From assembly GCF_001194135.2 (NCBI RefSeq), contig NC_068984.1, positions 38,737,475 to 38,782,870 on the forward strand: 45,396 nucleotides of DNA, in the 5' to 3' direction. Shown piece after piece: positions 23,858 to 35,850 of the stretch (position 1 is its first letter; each line of letters opens with the position of its first letter). A program made the position numbers and the translations under genes. Source of the DNA: Octopus bimaculoides (lineage: Eukaryota). The notes under the pieces are model-generated. The model was not told the origin of the DNA, did no database searches, and was given only the letters and a program-made list of their open reading frames with translations.

Positions 23858-23938
23858 TGGCTTTCTAAATCCTTTAGTTTACCTCCAGCTTCAGTTTGTT
23901 CATTTTTCCGCTGCCAATTAATATCTTGAATTTGTTTT
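23858..23938 (-). CDS. BCAS2: BCAS2/SPF27 exon 6 (KQIQDINWQRKNEQTEAGGKLKDLES[Q])
   Basis: Acceptor tttttctgcag|, donor CCA|gtaagt; 81 nt, phase 2/2. Aligns to human [27 protein letters not shown]. Confidence 0.98.
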
Positions 23939-24921
23939 CTGCAGAAAAACAATTAAGAATAATTTAATTAATTGTATTTTAATGAATGGTTTTTAATTAA
24001 TACATCGTAAAACAGCTACTTCTGTTGAGCCTATTAATTTAAGTGTTTTAAGGAAAGGAAATGTTAAATACTTCAAGTGCAATATTTTAGGTGCATGACT
24101 TTATTCTAGCTAATATCAAATAAATATTTAAAATCCTTTACATTAAAAATTCAAAACCTAATTACATTTCTATGACTCGAAATTTACTAAATCTAACCAA
24201 CAGCTGCCAACAACAACTGCTTTGTTATTAAATGAGTAGAGGAATTCCAAGATATATTTCAAACAAAGAAATAAGATATGCAAATGAAAAAAACTGAAGT
24301 CAATTTTTTAAATAGATGTTAGTGAAAGACTTAGTATACATCAAATGTCTGTTATAAAAAATTATCATAAGTACAATATATGGGAGCTAACTTATTTTAT
24401 ACACGCACGACCTTCATTAAATATTTTATAATTGTTGCAAATTTTGTGGCTCTAGTGAGTTTAAAACTTTTTATCCAGTCTTCAGTTTAGTTCCACTTTT
24501 GGATATGTTGTCTATCCAGGTGAGTTATAAACCTTTCAGCTAACATGATTTTAATATCTACAGGTAAAAGTAAATCTATGCATAGTAATATTGCAATGCC
24601 TATAAATGAAAAAAATGCAAGATATGTTATAAGAATTTAAACCAAATGATATAAATTATGAAATAATATTTTGTCAATGAATTATATATTTCTGATCAAG
24701 AATTGTACATTATTATTCTAAGAAATAATTTCAAAAGAGAAACTATGTACCAAACCTTCAAATCCATAAAAGATTATTAAAGTATATATGAAGGAAGTAA
24801 ACAAAATGAGAAGCAACTCAACACAAATGCAATAGAAGAATTGCACTCAGATGAGTTAAAGTTCTGGCCAGTAATTGAGTGTCAAAGAGTTTGCATCAGA
24901 GACAAAATCATTTAATAAATA

Positions 24922-25065
24922 AGTATGGCTGAGTTGATAAGTTAGCTTCTCAACTACGTGGTTTCAGGTTCAGTTCCTGCTGCATACAGCAACTGCCTTC
25001 TACTATAGACCAAGTCAACCTAAGCCTTGTGAATGGATTTGGCAGACAGAAACTGAAAGAAGCCT
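24922..25065 (+). mobile_element. tRNA-derived SINE, family A
   Basis: gtatggctgagttgataag..ggtttcaggttcagttcc..gccttgtgaatggatttggcagacagaaactgaaagaagcc. Confidence 0.75.
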
Positions 25066-25514
25066 TGTGGGCATGTGTGTTTATGTGTGTCTGTGTGAGT
25101 ATTTGTTTTCACCTGCACTTTTACAAAATTCCATAAGATAAAAATGGTGATGTCATTCTCCTTGTCAACAAAATGTATTTGCACTTATGAAAACATGTGA
25201 AATAAGAGATCCCTTACATAAAAAACAGGTAAGGGTTAGCAACAAGTACTTCCAGCTGTATAACAATGCCTTAATAAGATACTCATCTGTAATGTTGTCA
25301 TTATTAGGCTATCCACTGCAGACGTTACTGGTAAGTTTTCAACCTCAATCTACAAACCCACTTGCTGGAAAGATTGCACCTGGTGTGGTTTTCATACTTT
25401 TCTCATTAATATGAAAGGTGTGAATATCAAAACTTCCCATTTCTTCTCCACATAAATCTGCATGTACAAAGAAATAATAGAACAGTTTGCATGAAGAAAA
25501 TTACATTAACTTAC

Positions 25515-25625
25515 TTTATGTCTTGAAGCTGTTTCTGGCATTGTTCAACAATTTGAACCAAGAGAGTATTATATTTTTTCCAGGCATTGCATCCATGTTC
25601 TGCCATGAGTTCTAGATTCAAAATT
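25515..25625 (-). CDS. BCAS2: BCAS2/SPF27 exon 5 ([36 protein letters not shown][K])
   Basis: Acceptor ttttattttag|, donor AAA|gtaagt; 111 nt, phase 2/2. Aligns to human [37 protein letters not shown]. Confidence 0.98.
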
Positions 25626-25809
25626 CTAAAATAAAATGTACAATCTATTAGTTTGAAATAATGCTATAATTTTGGATAAAATAAGTATTAACTGTCAAGC
25701 TTTTCATTTATTCAGTTACATATTTTCATTCATAGATATTTAAATTTTTTCATAAAGCACCAGACATTTTGTTTCTGTCAAATTATGTAATTCCTATTTC
25801 ACTACCAAT

Positions 25810-26170
25810 GTTTGGATGATTGTGAGGCATGGACCTTAAGAATGGATAACATAAAGTGACTGAGCATGTTTGAGGTAACATGCTAGAAGCAATGCTCAGA
25901 TCAATTTAGCAGTTTGTAGAACAAATAACTCAGTCCTGGAGGTGATGGGAACAGAAAGAAAGTTGGTGACAATGGCCAGACAGTGAAAACTACAATATTT
26001 TGGTCCTGTTATCAGAGTCTTGAACCACTGTGCCTCCAAACCTGGGAGCTGCATGGATAGAAAAGAAGCTTGTAAGCAACAAGACAAAATTGATGCAATG
26101 ACATGAAGAACTGAACAGAGTGGACCCAGGCAGAGTATAGGACTACAGTATGAGAAGACACTGTGTAGTG
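25810..26170 (+). mobile_element. Degenerate RTE-type LINE C-terminal fragment
   Basis: NSVLEVMGTERKLVTMARQ*KLQYFGPVIR resembles the TN.SVL.....R.L.......KL.YFGH..R region. Confidence 0.6.
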
Positions 26171-28084
26171 AAGAGTGATGGTTGTATCTGTAACCCCCAA
26201 CCCTTAGACATGACAATAGGAATATTCTTTTGTTCATTTCCTTACCTAATATAAAATGAAAATATACACTGATATTTTTATAGTTTTTTTTTTATTTTAA
26301 AATAGTTTACAGTAGTATTAATAAAGGTAATGAAGTTTTTATATATAAAAAAAAACAAATAATAACAAACAAGTGTTTGTATAACACTTATTAGAAGTTT
26401 GATATTTTATGACAATGTACAAAGGTGAATTAGCAGAAACAGTAATCACTTGACTGAATGTCCAACTGTATTTAATCTTATAATATCTATTGAAGTAAAC
26501 AGTTCCTTGCATCCTTTCGAAGTAGATGTTGATAAAATAAGTAGGAGTAATATAATGGAGTTGATTTAAATGGCAGTGACCTCAATCAGTATTTTTTAAA
26601 AATAGCAAAGAAATTCACACTGAAAGAATGAACTTCAAAAATGGAAAATAAAAAGCTGACAGAAGCAGTAGAATGCAAGACTAAATGATTTGCAGTATTT
26701 TATATTTGACTTTCTACATCCTGAGTTCAAGTCTTGCACAAGTGTCACACAAATTTCTGCTGGAGATTAATAAAATATAGCAATATAGTGAGAATGATTT
26801 AATACATTATAACTTTCAGTTTTAAAAACTAGTTGTGATTGTAATCAAATGAAATCAGTATTGTATTCAATTAATATTAATTACATGGACAACAGACGTT
26901 AAATGATGATGATGATGAAATTCAAAAATATTAGGATAGTTTACAACAGAGATGACAAAGACAGGCCATAAAAAAATAACAGATTAAACATTCAGAAAAA
27001 AGGTAGTTTGGGAGTAGGTGGGGGTTAAGACATGAAATTTTTGCTTATATAAAATTTCTCCCTAGTAAACATTTAACAGTATTTGATGCAGTAACTGGTT
27101 ACAAAAACTTTTGCCAAGCAGGAACCTAATATATAGAAAATGGTTTTAGATTTGAGAGAAGATAGTGGTTGGGTCATTCAGATACTGGTATAATAGTTTC
27201 AACTTATTTTACAAATAGAGCTAAATCCTTAATTAAGACATGCTACTGACTCGAATTAAGTTTATATGATAATTCAAATTTAAGATTTAGACAAAGAATC
27301 CAGTTACAAACTAAATCTATAATCTAATTAACCATAAAAATATATGAACTTCTAAAAATATGAAAAAAAAAACATTTCAGTCTTACAGTAGAAATACAAT
27401 TCATAAACAGAATAATTGTAAATTTTATGAGTAAAAAAAACTAACATTTTTGTTGACTACATATAGAGAAGTTATTATGGTGGAGTTGTTTACCTTTTAC
27501 GTAAAATGGTGGGAAGCAAGTTACTTGGAGATATTACTTTCAGCAGTTACAAAATGTGGTACCAATGTCCATCCAAATAAACATCAGGAATTAAAATAAG
27601 ACAAGTTTCCTTCCTTTATACTAACATTCCACAATCTGACCACCACTACCTTCTACATCTAATGTAATTATTTATAATTATTTATAGATTTTATTTTCCA
27701 AGAATGAGTTTTTCAGTGAGTCTCAACTATTTCAAGACAAAGCCTACTGATGGTTCTGCACTAAAGAAAACAAAACATTTTTATAAATACAAAAAGAATA
27801 CGGGTACTTATTATTCAAACATCTAAAAAAAACTATTTGAATCTAAACAGACATTGAATACATAGTCAACAAGAGACTGAGGCCATATCTTCTTTCTAAC
27901 ATAAGTATAGCAAGTTGATTGATCAGCTCTAGCTCTGTCATCTTATAGGTTCAGGGACAATGCTAATCATTTGTACCGGTCTTTTTTAGAGAAAATGGTT
28001 TGCCTTCTAAGTTTGACCTGCCAAACATTATGAACAGTCACCATTACCTACTTCATCTTCAACAACCAACTTTGAAAATATGTA

Positions 28085-28546
28085 AGAAACATAACTGGCA
28101 CCCGTGCCAGTGGCACATAAAAAGCATCCTTTGAACATTGGATGATATGTCATGCTTGAGAAGATCCATCAAGCCAAGTGAAATCGTAGCCATGGCTGAT
28201 GTCAATGTCACATACTTGGCACTCATGCCAGCAGCAGATAAAAAGCACCCTTCAAACAGTGGGCCTCACGGAGGCAGTGACAAGTGACTGAGACCAGTCA
28301 AACCAAGTGAGATCATAGTCGTAGCCAATGCCAGTGTTACGGAACTTGTACCTCTGACAGTGACACATAAAAAGAAGCACCCACTACATTCCTGGAGTTG
28401 TTGGCATTAGGAAGAGCATCCATCCATAGAAACCATGCCAAATCAGATTGGAACCTAGTGCAGCTCCCAGCTTACCAGTTTTCAGTCAAACCATCCAACC
28501 ATGCCAGCATGGAAAACAGACGTTAAATGATAATGATGATGATGAT
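28085..28546 (+). mobile_element. RTE 3' UTR/tail copy ending in (GAT)n, 17 nt from the BCAS2 exon 4 donor
   Basis: aaaaagcaccc..ttggcattaggaagagcatcc..ccatgccagcatggaaaacagacgttaaatgataatgatgatgatgat. Confidence 0.85.
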
Positions 28547-28563
28547 AACAAAAACAAACTTAC

Positions 28564-28665
28564 CGTAGAGCCTGATGCTCCAATTGTGCTTGAGAATTTT
28601 CCACACATTCATTCCATGCTGATATATCTGTCATTTTACCTGCTGGAGGTTGTGGTAATTCATAT
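28564..28665 (-). CDS. BCAS2: BCAS2/SPF27 exon 4 ([33 protein letters not shown][R])
   Basis: Acceptor ctttgtatag|, donor ACG|gtaagt; 102 nt, phase 2/2. Aligns to human [34 protein letters not shown]. Confidence 0.98.
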
Positions 28666-29119
28666 CTATACAAAGGAAACTAAATAAGATTTCTGTGGAT
28701 TTTGTTTTTTTTTTATAAATGAAAATGAAGTAAATACATTGGAAATGTACAGAATATAATCCTCTGAGGTTTCAAATACTGAAAGTCCTGGAACTCTAAA
28801 AGTATCATCAAGACATAAATACGGATAAGTTATAGTTAATTAAGCTCCAGATTAGCCCTGTTTGAGCAGACCTATGATCACACATTAGTTCACTATCGCC
28901 ATCAAATTGACGTTGTCTGAACAGGTGCACAATGTACCACAAGTTGGGTGTCGAAATGATCACTGAGCAACATAAGATAAAGTATTTTGAACAAAACACA
29001 CCATCCAGTCTAGGAACTGAAATCACGATCTAGCGATTGTAAGTACAACACCCAAACCACTAAGCCGTGCACCCTCGCTCTGTGTGTGTGTGTGTGTGTG
29101 TGTGTNNNNNNNNNNNNNN

Positions 29120-29161
<42 letters not shown>

Positions 29162-29836
29162 TCCAAAATAAAACTAAAATAATATAATCAAATATGTAAG
29201 CAATGATATTTAAACAAATACATCTATGATTCTAAAGTTGATGAAGCTGAAATCTTAGTTTATTTTGCTTGAATATAAATTTTCCCCAGACATAGTGCTC
29301 TATTTTGATTGATAATTAAACCTAAGCCATGTGTGTATAACAGATTCCATAATTCCATACAATCCAATGGTCAATCAACTAATGTGGTTTCTATAAGCCT
29401 TATAACCTCAAATAACATGTATATTCCAAAGTTGTTTTCAAAAGACTGTCATATGTACATAACTTCTTCCTCTGTTAGATTCAATTACCAATCAACACAC
29501 AGAGCCATAAAGTGATACCTTAATATTAGTATTTCTACTTCTTAATGTATTTTGCTTGTTTACTATTGAATGCACATTTAATTATATAATGTGTGTATGT
29601 ATTGATGTGGGATGGTGTGTCAACCAAATTAATGTTTGTATATCAATCTGTCTCAATTAAGTCCTTTTTGTCTTATCCCAAGATCGACAAAATAAGTACC
29701 AGATAATGATATATAATTGACTAAAACTTGAATGCAGAGACAGTACCTCAGTGTGGTTGCAGTTTAATAATAAATGAAACTAATAAAAGAAGCAAAAAGA
29801 ATTTTTTCTTAAATATATAAAATTTATATAGAGTAC

Positions 29837-29907
29837 CTTTTCATACTTAACATCTCCATTGGCAATCGAGATTGAAGACGCTCAATTTCAGTCTTCATTA
29901 TTTCTGT
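29837..29907 (-). CDS. BCAS2: BCAS2/SPF27 exon 3 (TEIMKTEIERLQSRLPMEMLSMK[R])
   Basis: Acceptor ctatcacag|, donor AAG|gtactc; 71 nt, phase 0/2. Aligns to human [24 protein letters not shown]. Confidence 0.97.
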
Positions 29908-30129
29908 CTGTGATAGAATGGTAAAGCATTATAAAAATACTCATTCAGTAACAAAACTTCAAACATTATAACTGTTCACTGCCAAACAAAAGTAACAGTA
30001 AAAATATTGCAAGTAGCAAGATACTGAGAAAAGTGGCCAAATGAATACAATGCGTTGACTGCACAATATTTATTACACATTAAACTCACTCTACTCAATT
30101 CACCTCTCTCAAGTATTAAAACTTTCCAA

Positions 30130-30760
30130 CATTTGCAACCAAGTTTCACAACATCACACATTTTACAAATGCCTCCTCTCTTCCTATATTTCCATTGAAG
30201 TCGAGTTTTTGTATTGAGAACTGAACCCTGATGACCTCCTACCAGCACATTATATTCATTGTTAACTCTTAACTCACTCAGAGCACTCCTGTTCATGGCT
30301 TGTATGGTTCTTATATGTTATTCCTCTACCCCCCAGCTTCCTCAGGAGACTACAAAACAAGGGAGTCTGCCGAAGACTTTCCCGAGAACAACAAATGCCA
30401 AGTACAGTGGCTTACTTTTAGCTAAGTACTTCTCTTGTAATTGTCATACTAGAGAGGGGTCCAAACATTTGATATCTCTGTAATTACTTCTATCTATTGC
30501 ATCTCCTTTACCCTTGTAACATTAGCATCATCATTTAACGTCCATTTTCCATGTCGGCATGGGTTAGGTGATACTTTCCTGTACAACATGACTAGGCCGT
30601 GTCATACTCCACCAGATATTTTAAGTATCTCAGCAGTAATTCCTAATGGACCAGGGGCGTTCCCTGCCTTTTTATTCTTAACTGCTTTATCTATCATACT
30701 GCTGTCAACTAGTTGAACACACTGTCGGGTCCATATTGGACCCATGCATTCTCTGCATTT
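30130..30760 (-). mobile_element. Deleted RTE reverse transcriptase remnant in BCAS2 intron 2
   Basis: DSSMIDKAVKNKKAGNAPGPLGITAEILKISGG; QEKYLAKSKPLYLAFV; RKLGVEE..RTIQAM; GGHQGSVL, then non-RT sequence. Confidence 0.8.
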
Positions 30761-31084
30761 AGTAACATTTCATAGTAGCATTTCTATGCCTCTTAGAGAA
30801 AGAAGCTGTACAAAGCACAAGTTCTTTATATACTTCCTACCTGCAAAACATTTGTCCCCAAAACCATTACTAGCAAACTGAAGATAATATAGCTTATCTT
30901 TACTCTCTCCTTTCCCAACCCTACATAACTGCTACATTAACAGCTAGAAATTTGTCATACTGTACTTGAATACATTAAAAATAAGACTAACTTTAACTTT
31001 GCAATCAAAGTAGCCACACAGCAAAACTTATAGCTGTAGTTTTTAATGACATAGACACACACATACCTATATGTATGTATATAT

Positions 31085-31232
31085 ATCATCATCATCATTT
31101 AACGTCCGCTTTCCATGCTGGCATGGGTTAGACAGCTTGACTGGAACTGGTAAGCTGGAGAGCTGCACCAGATTCCAGTCTGAATTTGGCTTGGTTTCTA
31201 TGGCTAGATGCCCTTCCTAATGCCAACCACCC
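31085..31232 (-). mobile_element. RTE 3' tail copy with (CAT)n, inverted relative to 28394-28546
   Basis: atcatcatcatcatttaacgtccgctttccatgctggcatggg...gatgcccttcctaatgccaacc. Confidence 0.85.
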
Positions 31233-31458
31233 CAAGGGTATAGTAGTGCCACCAGCAGAGGTGCCTTTAAGTGTCACTGGCATCGGTGCTTGGCATGGAA
31301 GCTGTTATGTATCACCAGCACACACAAAGACACACATAGATACATACAGATATATAAACACATACATACATGTAGGTAGATGTAAAGAAACATTTCTTTC
31401 AAATCAAAGACAATAAAAAGTGATAATTACAATAAATAATAAAGTTAAAGAACCTTAC

Positions 31459-31551
31459 TTCAAAAGCTGAGTAATTTGGAGGTGGCAGATTGTCAAGATA
31501 ATTTTTTGTTGGTCTGTATCGCCTGGTTTCTTCTTCAACAAGAGCAAGTGC
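31459..31551 (-). CDS. BCAS2: BCAS2/SPF27 exon 2 ([31 protein letters not shown])
   Basis: Acceptor ttattccag|, donor GAA|gtaagg; 93 nt, phase 0/0. Contains the hallmark [16 protein letters not shown]. Confidence 0.98.
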
Positions 31552-31837
31552 CTGGAATAATAAATAATTCAAAATATTTAATGACAGAATATCTTAACAG
31601 AAAATTTGAAAGACAAGTTCTCTACAGCTTTAACATGTCAACGACTATACATTCTAAAAATTATAAATTTAGAAATACTAAACATTCCTGTATCCCTTTG
31701 GAATTTTAGGATTTCACTCATATTCTAATATACAACCATCATTTGCATATTGAAGCAAATTACAACAAATAAATTTCATAGGAAATCACTATTTACAGAT
31801 GCTTTTTGGCAACACCAAAGAGGTAACAGCTTAGATA

Positions 31838-32570
31838 TCATCATCATCATCATCATCATCGTTTAACGTCCGCTTTCCATGCTAGCATGGGTTGGACGAT
31901 TTGACTGAGGACTGGTGAAACCGGATGGCAACACCAGGCTCCAATCTAATTTGGTAGAGTTTCTACAGCTGGATGCCCTTCCTAACGCCAACCACTCAGA
32001 GAGTGTAGTGGGTGCTTTTACGTGTCACCCGCACGAAAACGGCCACGCTCAAAATGGTGTCTTTTATGTGCCACCCGCACAAGCCANNNNNNNNNNNNNN
32101 NNNNNNNNNNNNNNNNNNNNNNNNNNNNNNNNNNNNNNNNNNNNNNNNNNNNNNNNNNNNNNNNNNNNNNNNNNNNNNNNNNNNNNNNNNNNNNNNNNNN
32201 NNNNNNNNNNNNNNNNNNNNNNNNNNNNNNNNNNNNNNNNNNNNNNNNNNNNNNNNNNNNNNNNNNNNNNNNNNCTTACTTGGCTTGCCGGGTCTTCTCA
32301 CGCACAGCACATTTCCAAAGGTCTCGGTCAGTAGTCATCGCCTCGGTGAGGCCCAATGTACGAAGGTCTTGCCTCACCACCTCAGCCCAGGTCTTCCTGG
32401 GCCTACCTCTTCCACGGGTTCCCTCAACTGTTAGGGTGTGGCACTTTTTCACGCAGCTATCCTCATCCATTCTCACCACATGTCCATACCAGCGCAATCG
32501 TCTCTCTTGCACACCACAACTGATGCTTCTAATGTTCAGCTTTTCTCTCAAGATACTTACACTCTGACGG
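31838..32570 (-). mobile_element. Young 5'-truncated RTE LINE spanning a gap, in BCAS2 intron 1
   Basis: Uninterrupted ORF end (TRQSVSILREKLNIRSISCGVQERRLRWYGHVVRMDEDSCVKKC..GRGRPRKTW..REKTRQAK*), 3' UTR and (CAT)n tail at 31838-31860; CpGs intact. Confidence 0.93.
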
Positions 32571-32964
32571 GTATTCATAGAAAGTTAATCAGTGGGAACT
32601 TAATATTCTTTTCTACTCTAGGCATAAGGCCCAAATTTTGGGAGGAGGGGTCCAGTCGATTAGATCGACCCCAGTATGCAACTGGTACTTAATTTATTAA
32701 CCCCGAAAGGATAAAAGGCAAAGTCAACCTTAGCAGAATTAATATTGTAAAAGTAATGGTTGTGTTGAGGTACTTTCACTAAAATAACAATGAACAAATA
32801 TTTCTAATGCCTAACCCATCTAAAGCAGCAGTAACTCCAGTTAAATTATTTGCAAGGGGTGGACTTAGATTCCATACACTATAGTGAAGGCAATCTGTCC
32901 AGGAGAGCAGTCATCATCATTTTAAAGTCTACCTTTGTATGTTTTGCATGGGTCAGATGAGAGT

Positions 32965-33135
32965 AACCAAGTTTCACTACATCACATATTTTACACATGC
33001 CTCCTCTCTTCCTGTATTTCCATTCAAGTCGAGGTTTTTAGTGAGAACTGAACCCAGATGAACATTATATACATTGCACATTATATTCATTGCTAACTAC
33101 AGCGAGATGTCCTTCCTGTTGCCAACTCTCACTTG
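32965..33135 (-). mobile_element. Second copy of the deleted RTE derivative seen at 30130-30300
   Basis: Same junction ggttcagttctca|..aaaa.ctcgactt.aatggaaata.aggaagagaggaggcat. Confidence 0.75.
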
Positions 33136-34165
33136 TTTCCAAGTAAGGTGGTAATCTTTTAGTCTACTTACTAAACAACAAACAATTTATACTCTCAGGA
33201 AGGACACATTAGGTAGTGTTTTTAGGCATACCCTGTGTGAATAAAAAATGTTCAAGAATGGGATGTTATGTCAGCTCGATCGAAGTTGATGTGGAGTAGA
33301 ATAACTACACTCCTCTTACAGAATCCTCCTTTAAGTTCGTCTAAATATGTTCTATGTAAATAATATGCTTTTAGTCGTTTATTCTGATATTCGTCAATCT
33401 TAAATGCCATATTTGCATGTAACAACGATGGGAGGCAACTCCAAATTATAATTTCTGTATCTATCACACTACAGTACTGTAAACGAAAAAATATTTTATA
33501 TACTGCATATTTTCTATTACTTTTTGCTAGTCGACAAAGCTACATTTTGCACGTGATTGNNNNNNNNNNNNNNNNNNNNNNNNNNNNNNNNNNNNNNNNN
33601 NNNNNNNNNNNNNNNNNNNNNNNNNNNNNNNNNNNNNNNNNNNNNNNNNNNNNNNNNNNNNNNNNNNNNNNNNNNNNNNNNNNNNNNNNNNNNNNNNNNN
33701 NNNNNNNNNNNNNNNNNNNNNNNNNNNNNNNNNNNNNNNNNNNNNNNNNNNNNNNNNNNNNNNNNNNNNNNNNNNNNNNNNNNNNNNNNNNNNNNNNNNN
33801 NNNNNNNNNNNNNNNNNNNNNNNNNNNNNNNNNNNNNNNNNNNNNNNNNNNNNNNNNNNNNNNNNNNNNNNNNNNNNNNNNNNNNNNNNNNNNNNNNNNN
33901 NNNNNNNNNNNNNNNNNNNNNNNNNNNNNNNNNNNNNNNNNNNNNNNNNNNNNNNNNNNNNNNNNNNNNNNNNNNNNNNNNNNNNNNNNNNNNNNNNNNN
34001 NNNNNNNNNNNNNNNNNNNNNNNNNNNNNNNNNNNNNNNNNNNNNNNNNNNNNNNNNNNNNNNNNNNNNNNNNNNNNNNNNNNNNNNNNNNNNNNNNNNN
34101 NNNNNNNNNNNNNNNNNNTTTTTTTAATTTCACCAAACTGAACAATTACCACAGTAAATAAATTA

Positions 34166-34205
<40 letters not shown>

Positions 34206-34371
34206 AGACTTTTGAAGCGCTTATTGTGTTGGTATTCTACAAGAAAGCAAATTCTGAACGCAGTGAAAACAGCAGACAAAGAATAGGTGTTCACCCTCAG
34301 AAGACGGAAAATGTTGTCAAAGGCTTTCACATTCGAAAAGCTATTATCTAGCATTAAAATTGACAGTAATT

Positions 34372-34442
34372 GGTAATTTAGCTTAATGGTTAGAGCACTC
34401 AGCCGGCATCTGAAAGATACGGAGTTCGTCTCCCCGTCTTCT
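34372..34442 (+). pseudogene. tRNA-like sequence (SINE head or tRNA pseudogene, Ala-like loop)
   Basis: tagcttaatggttagagc A-box/D-arm, CTCAG-CCGGCAT-CTGAA anticodon-like arm, gagttcgtctcc B-box-like; acceptor stem is poor. Confidence 0.4.
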
Positions 34443-34469
34443 AAGGGTATATACTCTGTATGTATGTGT

Positions 34470-34640
34470 TGGTGTCTTTTCCACCACCTCTTAACAACCG
34501 GTGCTGGTGTGTCCACATCCCTGTAATTTAGCGGTTTGGCAAAAGACCGATAGAATAAGTACCAGGCTTAGTAAAATAAGTACTGCAGTCGATTCATTCC
34601 ACGAAAAGTTCTTCAAGGCGGCGCTCCAGCATGGCCTTAG
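34470..34640. mobile_element. SINE-like family C copy
   Basis: ccaccacctcttaacaaccggtgctggtgtg..gcggtttggcaaaagaccgatagaataagtaccagg..cttcaaggcggcgctccagcatggcc. Confidence 0.8.
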
Positions 34641-35178
34641 TCTAAATGTGCTGTTTAGAGTTTTAAAATGTAAATAAATTGACCGGAAGCGATGACAGTA
34701 ATATCGCATCATTTCATTAAGAGTTGGTGAGATGCCTTAATTTATTTTAACTGAACACCCTCAATACGCTGCTCCGCAAGGACTTACGTGTATAGCATCT
34801 TCTAGTGAAAACTTAAATATTTCAGAAATACTAGCTGAGGTATACACCGTTCCAATGTACTACGAACATTACTTAAAAAGTAATTCAGTAGCTTGCATGT
34901 CGACGCATGACAGCCAACCTTGGTACATATGAGCACAATTAATGATCTAAAGAGAAAGAACCATCGGGAAGCGATGGTGTTATTTCATTCGATTCATGTT
35001 TTGTGTACAGGTTATATTACATCGATTGTTTACATGAAAGTATGGGATTTCATTGTCATCACTTCCAGTCGATTTATTTTCATTGATTTCTAAACTGCAT
35101 GTTTACATTTCTATATTTTAAGCGAAGGGGACAAAACTATAATTTGAAGTTCGGAAATAAAAAGATAAATCAACTTAC

Positions 35179-35253
35179 TGCATCTCTCACACCAGGTTCC
35201 TCGTAACCTTTATCATAATAGGGTAAAGCATCTACAATAACTTCGCCAGCCAT
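35179..35253 (-). CDS. BCAS2: BCAS2/SPF27 exon 1 ([25 protein letters not shown])
   Basis: Hand translation; matches the human BCAS2 N-terminus [23 protein letters not shown]. ATG in context gcaaaATGGCT; donor GCA|gtaagt; 75 nt, ends phase 0. Confidence 0.97.
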
Positions 35254-35280
35254 TTTGCACGTCAACACGGTGTAAAGAAT
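35245..35280 (-). promoter_or_regulatory. BCAS2 start-proximal elements
   Basis: AAAATGGCTG (YY1-type motif overlapping the ATG) preceded by TGACGTG (CRE/E-box-like); CpGs are retained locally. Confidence 0.4.
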
Positions 35281-35599
35281 CAAGCTGTTTTAGTTAGATA
35301 CATTTAAGCAGGGTTATGCCCCTTGTTTACTATACCCGAGTTTTATGAAAAAATTGATGAGAGACAATGAATTCATTTCTCTTGAATCAATGGTTCTCAG
35401 CCTTTTTAACTCGTGCACCCCTTACCATTTGGAATCTTAGTTTTTCTGTTTCCCCTGGACATTATTCAGTTTTGTAATAAATGGTTAATAGTAAGAACTG
35501 ATGGCCATGATTTTACCTCGCTTGACGTGTCTTCTCATGCACAACAAATCATCAGAAGTTTCAGTCCCTTGTCATCTCCTCCGTGAGGAGGTGACACCG

Positions 35600-35850
35600 C
35601 TTCTTCCTGAGCAGTATATTACCGGTTAGGACATAAGTGTTCAGAATGTTAATGACAGTTTTGTGCTGACTATTGTACTTGCTAATATTGCTGACACTTC
35701 AAACATAGACATTTGCCTGAATACAAACATCTGGAAATTCATAAAGAGACTTCACAACAATCAGAAGTTGACTATTAATCCCGAACTTCTGCAATAGACT
35801 CCACATGTCTCACAGCACGTAGTCATAAGCCTTTTTGTTGTGTCATTCTA
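35600..35850 (-). mobile_element. RTE reverse transcriptase fragment upstream of BCAS2
   Basis: KKAYDYVL*DMWSLLQKFGINSQLLIVVKSLYEFPDVCIQAN, matching the KAYDRV..LW..L..YG....L...KSLY region. Confidence 0.7.

Noticed and set aside
35640-35805. Plus-strand NTNIWKFIKRL resembling a MULE transposase tail
   Set aside because: The minus strand gives a better match to RTE reverse transcriptase (KKAYD..LQKFGI..KSLY).
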